Shown one piece after another: positions 36,037 through 46,087 of a stretch of 61,315 bases of DNA. Source of the stretch: Chlamydiota bacterium (GTDB lineage Bacteria; Chlamydiota; Chlamydiia; Chlamydiales; JAAKFQ01); the NCBI GenBank assembly GCA_011064725.1, contig JAAKFQ010000003.1, positions 1 to 61,315 of the forward strand, in the 5' to 3' direction. Under the pieces are notes generated by a model. That model saw only the letters and a program-made list of their open reading frames with translations. It was not told the DNA's origin and ran no database searches. The translations under genes and the position numbers were made by a program. The stretch's first letter is position 1, and the number at the start of each line of letters is the position of its first letter.

Positions 36037-37326
36037 ATGACTAAAATTGCTATTTTGGGCCGTCCCAATGTGGGAAAGTCCTCATATTTCAATAGGCTTT
36101 TAAGCAAGCGTTGCGCCATTGTGGATGATGAGGCTGGCACCACACGTGACTATATCTCAAATATGCTAGAGATCGATGATACTTCGATCGAACTGATCGA
36201 TACAGCAGGGCTCAATCTACACAAAAATGACCCTTTTTCTCTGCAAGCCACTCTAGCTCTGGAGATTGCAGATGCCATTGTCATGATTGTCGATGGAAAA
36301 ACAGGCCCTCAACTTGAAGATAAAAACATCGCCAAGCTCTTGCTTAAATCCAAAAAACCCCTTGTGCTCGCCATCAATAAAATCGACCATGAAGAGCAAG
36401 AAATTCCCCATTCCTTTTCTCAATTGGGAATCAAAAAAATGTTTGGCATTTCTGCTTTGCACAACAGAAATTGTTTTGAGCCTATCGAGTCTTTGGTTGC
36501 CGTGCTTCCCCCAGAAGCTCCAGAGCCTAAAAACATGGGTCCAAAAGTGGCCATCCTAGGACTTTGCAATGTAGGAAAATCGACGCTGACAAATGCATTT
36601 ATCAATCAAGAACGGCTAGCTACCTCCACCATCCCTGGCACCACCCGCGACAGCATTTCTATCACTTTAATCCACAATGACAAACCCTATACTTTCATCG
36701 ATACAGCAGGCATCAAGAGGCGCAATTTAAAAGTCGAGCTTGTCGAAAAACTTGCTTTTTTACGCACCAAACAAGCGCTCAAAGAGGCAGATCTTGTCCT
36801 GCTTCTTCTGGATGCGACAAAAGGCATGAGTGCTAAAGAAAAGAAAATCATGAATATGATTGAAGAGGAGGGAAAAAGCGTGTGCATCCTTCTCAATAAA
36901 TGGGATCTTGTCAAAAACATTCGTCAAGAACATGTGACCAAAGCTTTAAAAATGCAGATTCCTTATCTTAAGCACTGCCCTTTTTTATGCATTTCCGCTA
37001 AAACCAAACTCAATCTAGAAAAAATTTTCCCTCACATCGAACATCTTCTAAATGAGAGAAACAAACGCATCCCAACAGGAAAACTTAATCAATTTTTAGA
37101 AAAAGTGATGCAACAAAGACCTCCTGCAATGCTCAAAGGAAAACGTTTGCGCATTTACTATACCACACAAGCTGGCACATCTCCTCCGACCTTTTTACTC
37201 TTCGTCAATTATAAAAACTTGATGCAAAAAACCTATATCCAATACCTAAAAAACCAATTCCGCAAAGCTTTTCAATTTAGCGGCGCTCCTATCAATGTCT
37301 ATCTAAAATCCCACGCAAAACATTGA
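36037..37326 (+). CDS. der: ribosome-associated GTPase Der (EngA)
   Basis: Two GTPase domains (GRPNVGKSS..DTAG..NKID; GLCNVGKST..DTAG..NKWD) plus a KH-like C-terminus. ATG 36037 preferred over track TTG 36025. Confidence 0.9.
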   Translation: MTKIAILGRPNVGKSSYFNRLLSKRCAIVDDEAGTTRDYISNMLEIDDTSIELIDTAGLNLHKNDPFSLQATLALEIADAIVMIVDGKTGPQLEDKNIAKLLLKSKKPLVLAINKIDHEEQEIPHSFSQLGIKKMFGISALHNRNCFEPIESLVAVLPPEAPEPKNMGPKVAILGLCNVGKSTLTNAFINQERLATSTIPGTTRDSISITLIHNDKPYTFIDTAGIKRRNLKVELVEKLAFLRTKQALKEADLVLLLLDATKGMSAKEKKIMNMIEEEGKSVCILLNKWDLVKNIRQEHVTKALKMQIPYLKHCPFLCISAKTKLNLEKIFPHIEHLLNERNKRIPTGKLNQFLEKVMQQRPPAMLKGKRLRIYYTTQAGTSPPTFLLFVNYKNLMQKTYIQYLKNQFRKAFQFSGAPINVYLKSHAKH

Positions 37327-37327
37327 T

Positions 37328-37488
37328 AACTGACCTTAACGCTACCTCCTATTCATAGGAAGGCTACAAGGAACAATCTACTTCATATTGCTCCTTGTCC
37401 AACTCTCATGGAGTTGAACTTCATCGCCATCCTTGTATCTTGTCCCTTTCGCTTTTCCTCTAAACAGAATGTAGCGTTAAGGTCAGTT
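37328..37488 (-). mobile_element. family B element, copy B3 (161 bp)
   Basis: Perfect 18-bp TIR aactgaccttaacgctac / gtagcgttaaggtcagtt. Central hairpin caactc tcatg gagttg. Starts 1 nt after the der stop. Confidence 0.65.
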
Positions 37489-37521
37489 GACAACTGTTCT
37501 GTGTTCTTGTAAAAGAAAAGC

Positions 37522-38460
37522 ATGAACAAAGTTCCCAAAAAATCCCCCGATTCAGCCAAAGACACACAGTTTGAACATCTCTACCAAGTCTCTGAGAGCG
37601 AAGTATACGATTTTGTCCATCAACACCATCTATTTAAACAACTCGATCAATTTCCTGAGATCGCTAAAACATACTATACTTACACAATCAATAACGCCAT
37701 CAAACAGATGCATAAAAATAAAAAGCTCACAACACTCTTTCATGCAGTGACAAAACCTCAAAGCACAGAAGAAAGCGAACTTAAAAAACTCTTGCCTTCC
37801 AAAACTGTTGCAAAATATTTGACCCGATTAAACCTCACTTTCTTAAAAAAAGAAGAGATCGAAGCACTCATAGAACATCTTCCAGAAAATTTAGAATTTG
37901 TCTCAGAAATCAATCTAGCTCATACTTATGTGCCCCCAAAAACTCTGCAAATGCTTCTCAAAAAATGCCCAAACCTCAAAAATTTACTCGTGACAGATAA
38001 TCAAACAGATCACACCTATTCTTTAACAGCAGAAGATTTCATCTACATCCTAAAACTCTTTCCTCATATTGAAAAATTAGAATTGCACAACAAGTATTTC
38101 GACAAACTCAAAGATTTAGATACACATGGGATTAAATTGGACGATTTGAGTTTTTTTTATCTATCTAATGCACCTATTACAAAACAAGATTTTGTACAAT
38201 TTCTCACCATCTGCCCAAATCTTAAAGAAGCAGAGTTTAATCGCTGTGAAAATTTAAAAGATTTAGATGAAAAGACCTTTCCTCAATTAGAAAACCTAGA
38301 AATCCTCCATCTCGTAGGAGATGCCAATCTTAAAATCCAAGATCTTGTTATTATCACTCAAAAATGCCCCCATCTCAAAAAAATCTATCTGACCAAAAAT
38401 CCCTCCTTATCTGCCCAAGATATCCCCACAGATATCAAGAAAAAGATCATCTGGAGATAA
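37522..38460 (+). CDS. leucine-rich-repeat protein (cysteine-containing, eukaryote-like LRR subtype); effector candidate
   Basis: Repeats such as CPNLKNLLVTDN, FPHIEKLELHNKYF, CPNLKEAEFNRCENLKD, LENLEILHLVGDANLKIQDL, CPHLKKIYLTKNPSL. No signal peptide. Confidence 0.75.
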   Translation: MNKVPKKSPDSAKDTQFEHLYQVSESEVYDFVHQHHLFKQLDQFPEIAKTYYTYTINNAIKQMHKNKKLTTLFHAVTKPQSTEESELKKLLPSKTVAKYLTRLNLTFLKKEEIEALIEHLPENLEFVSEINLAHTYVPPKTLQMLLKKCPNLKNLLVTDNQTDHTYSLTAEDFIYILKLFPHIEKLELHNKYFDKLKDLDTHGIKLDDLSFFYLSNAPITKQDFVQFLTICPNLKEAEFNRCENLKDLDEKTFPQLENLEILHLVGDANLKIQDLVIITQKCPHLKKIYLTKNPSLSAQDIPTDIKKKIIWR

Positions 38461-38516
38461 TTTTCAAATAATTCTTTGACATTTGTAGATAAATATCTAT
38501 TGAACTTAATTCTTTT

Positions 38517-39806
38517 ATGTTCTACAATCCTCTTATTATGACAAAGACTTTGCCAATAAACTCATCATTTTTACCCCCACTTAACAGGTTGGCGACAAAA
38601 CCTATAAATTATTTTTTAGCCAGTATTATCCCCCTGCTCATCCTAGCAACTCTCTGGAAACAATCCTCTGACTTTAGAAAATTTGTGGTCAACACACTAA
38701 GTCGCACAGCGACAAGAGCTTCGGATTTAGTCCCTGCTCCGAGACCTTCTGCCGTAAGAGCACCAAGCTCTTCTATCTCAGCGTCTAGTTCATCTCGAAT
38801 AGCTTCCATTTTTCCAGAAAATCTCCTTATTTACACAGCATCAAACTTTTATCTATCTGTAAATCAAATGATTACAACCGCTCATGCTCAACGAGAAAAG
38901 GGGGCTTTTGAGCTAAAAACTCTTCCTAAAGAAACAACGATTTTATCATCCCATGACCTTATTGGAAAAAGCTTACCAGATCAACCCGAAGATTTAATTG
39001 GCTTATTTCAATGGCATCATTTTGTGCAAAATCTTCAAGAAAGCAACTTTCCTTCTCGTGGATTTAAACCTGAAACATTCCAACAAACATTACAACGTCA
39101 AAAACAGATTTACAACATACAAGCAAAAGCAAAAGCTATCCTCCAAAAGCAGTTTCCAGGTTTAGACCCCTTTTTACTTGAAAGCATGCTCAAAACATCT
39201 ACAGATTTGGACTTGAAGGAGCTAACTTTAGGAAATGCTAAGGAGTATCTTCTATTTATGCTGGCAACTAAAAAAGATCCTGCTGTGCTTGCTGCCACCG
39301 TCCAACATCAAATAAAAGCTGAAACAGATTTCTCAATAGAATCCCTAAAAGATTTCGTTGCACTGCTTCCAAAAGACCTACAAGGAAAAATGCTCGATTT
39401 TTTAGCCCAAAAATTGACACTGACTGCTATGAATGACAATCCTTTTAAACCATTTTATGACTTTAAACAAATGCTATTTGATAAAGTTCAGCTAAACTCA
39501 CAGTTAGAATGGTTAAAAATCGAACTCGATAAAATTAAAATCGTAGATTTTCGTACGTATCTTTTTTGGTACCAACTCAAAAAAGAGTTTGGAAATCTAG
39601 ATTGGATAGCAACCCTTTTAACTGATCTCATTTATAGTGGAGGACTTTCTGCGGTTGATGAACAACGTCTTCCTAATGAAAAAGCAGCCTTACAAAAGCT
39701 GTTAAATGCAATTGGGCAACTTTTAGATTGCCAAGTGCCCCAAATTGTCCTTGATCAAGACACATCTAATGATAGCGTACTTGCACAAGTTGCGCAATTT
39801 ACATAA
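38517..39806 (+). CDS. hypothetical protein (429 aa) with one N-terminal TM segment and a Ser-rich tract
   Basis: INYFLASIIPLLILATLW, then APSSSISASSSSRIAS. The rest is helical with no motif recognised. The start is uncertain (alternative Met at 38538). Confidence 0.5.
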   Translation: MFYNPLIMTKTLPINSSFLPPLNRLATKPINYFLASIIPLLILATLWKQSSDFRKFVVNTLSRTATRASDLVPAPRPSAVRAPSSSISASSSSRIASIFPENLLIYTASNFYLSVNQMITTAHAQREKGAFELKTLPKETTILSSHDLIGKSLPDQPEDLIGLFQWHHFVQNLQESNFPSRGFKPETFQQTLQRQKQIYNIQAKAKAILQKQFPGLDPFLLESMLKTSTDLDLKELTLGNAKEYLLFMLATKKDPAVLAATVQHQIKAETDFSIESLKDFVALLPKDLQGKMLDFLAQKLTLTAMNDNPFKPFYDFKQMLFDKVQLNSQLEWLKIELDKIKIVDFRTYLFWYQLKKEFGNLDWIATLLTDLIYSGGLSAVDEQRLPNEKAALQKLLNAIGQLLDCQVPQIVLDQDTSNDSVLAQVAQFT

Positions 39807-39808
39807 CA

Positions 39809-42800
39809 TTAATCCGGCAGGGAAGATAAAAGCTCTAGCCAATCGGATTGGGTGAAGGTCTTGATCACATCGGTTGATCTTGGCTGATCGAGAATCTCAA
39901 AGAGTTTCAATTTTCTTTGGATCATTCTGTCAATGGATTCTTCAATAGAATGCTGCGTCATCAATTTGTAAATTTGTACGCCTCTGACTTGGCCAATACG
40001 ATGCACACGGTCTGTGGCCTGATTTTCCCAAGCAGGATTCCACCAGCGATCATAATGGATCACGCAAGAAGCGACGCTTAAATCCACACCAAGGCCAACA
40101 GCACGCAATGAACCAATAAAGACAGGACATTTGCGATCTTCGAAAAAGCGCTTGAGTTCTTTTTTTCGATCAATAGTCGCTCCTTGAATGCTGGCATATT
40201 TTAGTCCAAGATTATTGAGATACTTTTTGATGATCTCAATCATTCCCAAATATTGCGTGAAAATCACAAGCTTTTGATCCGAATCTAAAGCTTCATGCAT
40301 AAGTTCACAAAAAATGTCCCATTTTCCACTGCTATATTTGGTATAATTGTCATAATCGCGATGAAAAAGGGCTGGATGATCGCAGATCATTTTTAATTTT
40401 GTGAGAAGCGAAAAGATGGTTAAAAAAGGCGCTTTTTTGTCTTTCAACTGCCCTTCAATTTTTGACTTGAACGAATGGGTAACTTCTAAATAAAGCGTTT
40501 TTTGATCATTGATGAGTTCACAGGTACGAATCTGTTCCACTTTAGGTGGAAGATCTTTTAATACATCTGCTTTTTTTCGTCTTAAAACAAAAGGATGGAT
40601 CAATTTTTGAAACAAACGTGTTTGTTTTTCATCAAAATAGCGCTCAATGGGAACAACAAAATTCTTTTGAAATTGTTCTGCGGAAGGAAGATAGCCTGGT
40701 AAAATTAAATCAAAGAGTGTTTTGAGTTCTCTTAATTTGTTTTCAATTGGCGTTCCTGTGAGCCCCAAACGCATTTTTGTATGCAGTTTGCTCAGTGCTA
40801 AAAAGGTTTGACTTTGAAAGTTTTTTGCCATTTGCACTTCATCAAAAATGGCAAGATCAAAATCAATGGAAAATAGGTTGGGGTCTTTGCGTCTCAAAAT
40901 TCCATAGCTTGTGAGTAAAACATGGTACTTTTTTTTAAAGCGCTCTATATCTCTTTTTTGTCCGTGATAGACATAGACTTTTAGTTCGGGTAAAAATGTA
41001 GCGATTTGATGTTCCCAATGGTAAAGCACAGAAGTTGGACAGGCGATCAAAAAACGCGTTTTTTTTTGGTTAAACAAGGCCTTGATTAGCGCCATGGCTT
41101 GGTGCGTTTTGCCAAGGCCCATCTCGTCACATAAAAGGCCAGATAAACCATGCTCATGCAAAAACCAGAGCCAATCGACACCTTCCAATTGATAAGAACG
41201 TAATTGGCTCTTGAAACCTGTTAAGTCATATTTAGACTGCGTTTTGTGATCAAGAATATCTTTAATCCATTTTTTATGCGTCTGATTTAACAGTGATGCT
41301 AAATTAAGCTCTGCATAAGAATAGAGCTTGAAAAATTCTAGCGTCGAGAGTTCAATATGATTTTGTTGAATAATATGTGGAGCCAAGTTTTGGATCCATT
41401 CTAATTTTTCCTCTGTGAGATCTAAATACCCACTGTCAAAAAAGAAAAGTTTTTCTTTTTCAAATAGAGCTCGCAGTAACGTTGTAAAGGGGATTTTTTT
41501 TTCTCCAATTAAGACAGACAAATCTAAGATCCACTTTTGTGAAAATTGAATATCATCTAACATAAAGGAAAAATGACTGATTTTAGAAAGCCTGGGATCT
41601 AAATATTCAATAAAATTCAGCAGGGCATAAATTTCATGCGTCAAAAATGTATAGACCTTTTCTCTAGGTATCGTTTTGTTGTTAAAATGTAACAGCTGTG
41701 TGTTCAGGGAAGAAAAGCCTTGGTTTTTTACATAGACATATTTTTTAAAGAAAATTAAATCGGATTCGTGAATTCCCTCTTTAAGTTTTTTTGTCACATG
41801 AATATCAATGCCTAAATCTTGATTGAGTTTTAGATTTAAGCCCATTTTTTCAATAGGATGCGATTCATTAAAAAAGCCTTCGATAGAAATGAGCTCTTGC
41901 GTGTTTTGATCAATGAAACGATCGAGATCTTTTTTTTTCACAACCAAACTCTTTTGCAGTTTGAGTTGAAAAGGCGTGGTCTTTTTTTGAAAAAATCCTT
42001 GATCTTCTAAATAGACCAAAGCCCCAAAATCGATACCTTTGTCTTGTGTTTTGGAATAACTTTGAGAAAGGTGCAGGGTTTGTTCTTCATCCACGTAAAA
42101 AGAAAAATGCGCATCAATTTGAAATAAGTGCACCTGAAATCCTGGAATGTCTTGAAAAAAGAGTCGATGCTTTGTCAAAAATGAGATCAAATCTTTTTTC
42201 TCGATGGTTTGTACGAGTTGATTAAAATAAAACGCACCAATTTTGAAAAATCCTACATCTTCAATATACACCCAGTTGCCAAACACAAACGAATGGGGTT
42301 TTAGAAAATCTTGCTTTTCTTGAATATATGCGTTGATATGCAGCGTGTGCGTTTTATCAAAAAATACGTCGTAACAAATAGGATGTTCTGTTTCAAAAAT
42401 GGGTAGATGCTTTTTTAAGATGTCTAAATGGTCATCAAAATAATCTGCTAAATGCATCACGTCGATTCTTTCTTGAGCGCTCTGTTTTAAAACAAAACCC
42501 TGCTTTGGCAAATACCAAAAGGCATAAAACTCTTTTGCATTTTGCTGCTTTGTAATAGCTTGTTTTCCTCTTCTTTGTATCTCAAGTGTCTTGGAGACTG
42601 GATCAAATTGAACATTCTCTATGAGCTTTCTTTCATCTTCGACAAAAAGAGGACATTGAATGGTTTTAAAATAAACTAACCAACGGCGTAAAAAAAGTTT
42701 GTGCAATTGTAGATTGAATTCCACATCTTTAAAAGAAATGCGCATCTTATTGGGGAAATCTTGCGTGTCATATTGAATATGGACCGAGGTTTCTTCCAAA

Positions 42801-43390
42801 TAATATTTTGTAAATAACCACTTTGCTAAATCTGAAAATACAGAAAGCTCAAATTTCAATTTTTTAGGAAAAATCCCCCGTTTATAACTTGCCATCTCTT
42901 TTTCTGTGAGATTGGAAAATTTAAGTGACGTCTCTTCGGTTTCTTCTTCTTTTGTGAGCAGTGTTAAGAGTTCTTGCTTAACATTCGATGACAACGCATC
43001 CAAAGTAAAGAAATTCCCATAGACAAAGTGCTCAGCTTTAAAACCCAAAAAGTGTTCTTTTTCTTTTTTTTGAAGCAAGAAAAAATCAAACATGACTTTT
43101 CTAAAAAAAGAATGTTCAAAAAGAACATGCAAGGGTCTATCGTGTTTTGTCAGGATTAAATATGCCACAGCAATATGGATACATGTATCTTCTGCATCAC
43201 AATTGCAAAAGCTCTCTTTGATATTGCCACGATCATCCAGCTGCAAAAAGGGCCAATATTCTGCCTTGGAGACAGGATCGATGGTTTTGATTTGATACGT
43301 TCCATGGGAAAACAGAATATCTAAACCGAAAACCTGATCCAAAAGCTCTTTTGCATTTTTTAATAAATTCGGATCAAAAAAACTAGCCAT
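39809..43390 (-). CDS. SWIM zinc-finger / SNF2-family helicase, paralogue 2
   Basis: 1193 aa. CNCDAEDTCIHIA, LCDEMGLGKT, FDEVQMAKN, LTGTPIEN, QATDRVHRIGQ. Confidence 0.9.
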   Translation of the reverse strand: MASFFDPNLLKNAKELLDQVFGLDILFSHGTYQIKTIDPVSKAEYWPFLQLDDRGNIKESFCNCDAEDTCIHIAVAYLILTKHDRPLHVLFEHSFFRKVMFDFFLLQKKEKEHFLGFKAEHFVYGNFFTLDALSSNVKQELLTLLTKEEETEETSLKFSNLTEKEMASYKRGIFPKKLKFELSVFSDLAKWLFTKYYLEETSVHIQYDTQDFPNKMRISFKDVEFNLQLHKLFLRRWLVYFKTIQCPLFVEDERKLIENVQFDPVSKTLEIQRRGKQAITKQQNAKEFYAFWYLPKQGFVLKQSAQERIDVMHLADYFDDHLDILKKHLPIFETEHPICYDVFFDKTHTLHINAYIQEKQDFLKPHSFVFGNWVYIEDVGFFKIGAFYFNQLVQTIEKKDLISFLTKHRLFFQDIPGFQVHLFQIDAHFSFYVDEEQTLHLSQSYSKTQDKGIDFGALVYLEDQGFFQKKTTPFQLKLQKSLVVKKKDLDRFIDQNTQELISIEGFFNESHPIEKMGLNLKLNQDLGIDIHVTKKLKEGIHESDLIFFKKYVYVKNQGFSSLNTQLLHFNNKTIPREKVYTFLTHEIYALLNFIEYLDPRLSKISHFSFMLDDIQFSQKWILDLSVLIGEKKIPFTTLLRALFEKEKLFFFDSGYLDLTEEKLEWIQNLAPHIIQQNHIELSTLEFFKLYSYAELNLASLLNQTHKKWIKDILDHKTQSKYDLTGFKSQLRSYQLEGVDWLWFLHEHGLSGLLCDEMGLGKTHQAMALIKALFNQKKTRFLIACPTSVLYHWEHQIATFLPELKVYVYHGQKRDIERFKKKYHVLLTSYGILRRKDPNLFSIDFDLAIFDEVQMAKNFQSQTFLALSKLHTKMRLGLTGTPIENKLRELKTLFDLILPGYLPSAEQFQKNFVVPIERYFDEKQTRLFQKLIHPFVLRRKKADVLKDLPPKVEQIRTCELINDQKTLYLEVTHSFKSKIEGQLKDKKAPFLTIFSLLTKLKMICDHPALFHRDYDNYTKYSSGKWDIFCELMHEALDSDQKLVIFTQYLGMIEIIKKYLNNLGLKYASIQGATIDRKKELKRFFEDRKCPVFIGSLRAVGLGVDLSVASCVIHYDRWWNPAWENQATDRVHRIGQVRGVQIYKLMTQHSIEESIDRMIQRKLKLFEILDQPRSTDVIKTFTQSDWLELLSSLPD

Positions 43391-44519
43391 TTACTGTTAA
43401 TTCAACTTCACTTAGTAAACTTTTGGGATCAGTATACTCAAATCCAAGATCTTTGGCCACAGGTTTTAGAGTTACTTTTCCCTTATAAACATTAAGGCCT
43501 TTTAGGATTTGATCATTTGAAAGTAGAGCTTTTTCTGCGCCTTCATTGGCGATTTTCAATGCATAGGGAAGAGTCGCATTGGTCAAAGCTTCCGTAGATG
43601 TTCTTGCAACTGCACCGGGCATATTTGTGACGCAATAGTGCACAACTCCATCAATCACATATGTTGGATTGGAATGTGTGGTTGGCCGAGATGTTTCAAT
43701 ACAACCACCTTGGTCTACAGCTACATCGACAATGACGCTACCTTTTTTCATCGTTTTTAGCATATCTCTTGTCACTAGCGAAGGTGCTTTTCCTCCATGG
43801 ACAAGCACAGCACCTATAAGTAGATCTGCTTTTTCAATCGATTCTTGAAGATGCAATGGATTTGAATACAAAGTTTTTAATCTTGGGCTATAGAGTTCAT
43901 CCAGCTCTCTCAAACGCTTCAAATCAATATCTAAAATTGTCACATCAGCACCTAAACCAAGCGCCATACGCGCCGCTTCTGTCCCCACATAACCTCCACC
44001 TAAAACGACCACGTTTGCAGGAAGTACGCCTGCAACTCCGCCAAGAAGCATCCCTCTTCCACCATTTGCCATTTGCAGAGCATAAGCACCTGCTTGAATT
44101 GCCACTCTTCCAGCCACTTCGCTCATCGGTGCTAAAAGAGGCAACTTTCCATCTATATCTTCAATGGTTTCGTACGCAATTCCAATGACTTTTTGCTCTA
44201 GCAAATTTTGGGTTTGCTTAAGATCGGGTGCAAGGTGTAAATAACAAAAAAGAATTTGACCTTCATGCATAAAAGGAAACTCTATATCTTGAGGTTCTTT
44301 GACTTTGATGATCATCTCAGCTCTGTACGCTTCTTCCAATGTTGATACAATTTTTGCACCCACTTGTTCATACATCTCATCCATAAATCCAATTTTTGCA
44401 CCTGCATCTTTTTGGATGATCACTTCATGATCATTTTGAATCAGTACACTCACAAAAGCGGGGGTTGCTCCCACGCGATATTCATGATCTTTCACTTCTT
44501 TTGGAATTCCAATTAGCAT
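43383..44519 (-). CDS. ald: alanine dehydrogenase
   Basis: MLIGIPKEVKDHEYRVG.., Rossmann VVVLGGGYVGTEAA, 378 aa. Typical Ald/PNT-N family layout. Confidence 0.85.
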   Translation of the reverse strand: MLIGIPKEVKDHEYRVGATPAFVSVLIQNDHEVIIQKDAGAKIGFMDEMYEQVGAKIVSTLEEAYRAEMIIKVKEPQDIEFPFMHEGQILFCYLHLAPDLKQTQNLLEQKVIGIAYETIEDIDGKLPLLAPMSEVAGRVAIQAGAYALQMANGGRGMLLGGVAGVLPANVVVLGGGYVGTEAARMALGLGADVTILDIDLKRLRELDELYSPRLKTLYSNPLHLQESIEKADLLIGAVLVHGGKAPSLVTRDMLKTMKKGSVIVDVAVDQGGCIETSRPTTHSNPTYVIDGVVHYCVTNMPGAVARTSTEALTNATLPYALKIANEGAEKALLSNDQILKGLNVYKGKVTLKPVAKDLGFEYTDPKSLLSEVELTVNG

Positions 44520-44569
44520 AAAGATCCTCCTTAAATTTCGTATTTCATTTTTCTTTTAAAAAAGCTTAA

Positions 44570-45277
44570 TTATCCCACAAAAATACTTTCTAAACAAGTT
44601 TTTTCCACCGTGCCTTCACAAATGTAAGTGCACTCACCTGTCATCCAAATAACATTTTTTTCTTTAAAAATATATAAAGTTTTTTTGGAGCGCATCACAA
44701 ACTCTTGTGCATTGACATTCAATACAAAAAAACAACTTAGAGCACCTGTACCACAAGCAAGGGTAAACGCTTCAACTCCCTTTTCAAATGTATGGATATG
44801 GTTGTTTTCAAAGAAAAAATTCACATTAGCATTAAAATTTTTACGTAACTTTAATGCTTTTTTTAAATCGAACTTTTCAAAAAGCACCACGTGTTTTGCT
44901 CCTGCATCTACAACGTATGGGTCTTTTTGTATCAATGTAGGCTCAGCTAAGCTACAGCTTACTATATTTCCATCGACGTAGCATTGATGCAACGCATGAT
45001 CACTTTTGATTTCAAATATTTCTTTGTCTTTAACTTTTCTAGCGTCATGCAAATATTTAGCTACGCAGCGCAATCCATTGCCACACATGAGAGCTCTTAA
45101 TCCATCCGCATTGTAAATGGAAAATGCAAAATCTTCTGTATCGACAAACAAAACACCATCTGCACCTATACCAAAATGGCGATCTGTTAATTCTCGAATC
45201 GTTTGTGCATCAAAAGGCTTACCTTCAAAAATTAAAAAATCGTTTCCAAGTCCCGTGTACTTAAAAAAACGCATCAA
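44570..45277 (-). CDS. dapF: diaminopimelate epimerase
   Basis: GLGNDFLIF, catalytic Cys blocks MCGNGLRC and ACGTGA. Confidence 0.85.
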   Translation of the reverse strand: MMRFFKYTGLGNDFLIFEGKPFDAQTIRELTDRHFGIGADGVLFVDTEDFAFSIYNADGLRALMCGNGLRCVAKYLHDARKVKDKEIFEIKSDHALHQCYVDGNIVSCSLAEPTLIQKDPYVVDAGAKHVVLFEKFDLKKALKLRKNFNANVNFFFENNHIHTFEKGVEAFTLACGTGALSCFFVLNVNAQEFVMRSKKTLYIFKEKNVIWMTGECTYICEGTVEKTCLESIFVG

Positions 45278-45870
45278 AGAACCTTTTTTACATCCTCAAA
45301 TGTCTCTACAATTTGATCTATGAGACCAAAATCGAGTGCTTCTTGAACGTTCATCCATGTATCTCGATTTAACGCTTTTTCAATCTCTTCTCTCGGTCTT
45401 CCTGTCGCTTTTTGGTAGACATCCACAATTTGAGCATGTGTTTTTAAAATTTCTTTTGCCTGAATCTCAAGATCTGTTGCTTGACCCTTAATCACACCAT
45501 GAATCGCTGGTTGGTGAATCATGATACGCGCATTGGGCGTTGCAAGTCTTTTTCCTTTGTTCGCAACTAAAGACAATAGCGATCCCATCGAGGCAGCTAA
45601 TCCTGTCACAAGCGTTGTCACAGGTGATGTGATCATTTTTATTTGATCCCAAATGGCAAATCCAGCATCGATACTGCCTCCTGGAGAATTAATAATAAAA
45701 AGAATGGGTTTTCCAGGATCTTTGATTTCTAGATACCAAAGACGGCGAATGACTTCATTGGCAGAATCCATATCTACAGCCGCAGATAGGAATACTTTCC
45801 TCTCTTGGATTAACATGTCATCAATTTTGTCATCTAGTGCATTGGGTTTTTTTGTCGTTTCTTCACTCAT
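45274..45870 (-). CDS. clpP: ATP-dependent Clp protease proteolytic subunit (second, stand-alone paralogue)
   Basis: INSPGGS, AASMGS (Ser), MIHQP (His). 198 aa. 4-nt overlap with dapF. Confidence 0.9.
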   Translation of the reverse strand: MSEETTKKPNALDDKIDDMLIQERKVFLSAAVDMDSANEVIRRLWYLEIKDPGKPILFIINSPGGSIDAGFAIWDQIKMITSPVTTLVTGLAASMGSLLSLVANKGKRLATPNARIMIHQPAIHGVIKGQATDLEIQAKEILKTHAQIVDVYQKATGRPREEIEKALNRDTWMNVQEALDFGLIDQIVETFEDVKKVL

Positions 45871-45917
45871 AAAAAGGACTCCTTTATTTTTTTTATCTTG
45901 TGGATTTTTTTCTTTTT

Positions 45918-46081
45918 AACTGATGTTACACATTAAATGCAACTCATGGGAAGGCTACAAAAGACAATCTGCTTCGTCTTTGACTCTTCATCCAACTCTC
46001 GTGGAGTTGGACTTCATCACAATCCTTGCATCTTGCCCTTTTCGCTCTTCCCCTAACTAGATTTACTGCGTAACATCAGTT
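45918..46081 (-). mobile_element. family B element, copy B4 (164 bp)
   Basis: aactgatgttacac... / ...ctgcgtaacatcagtt. Central hairpin ccaactc tcgtg gagttgg. Ends 6 nt from the glyA stop. Confidence 0.65.
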
Positions 46082-46087
46082 TGAATT

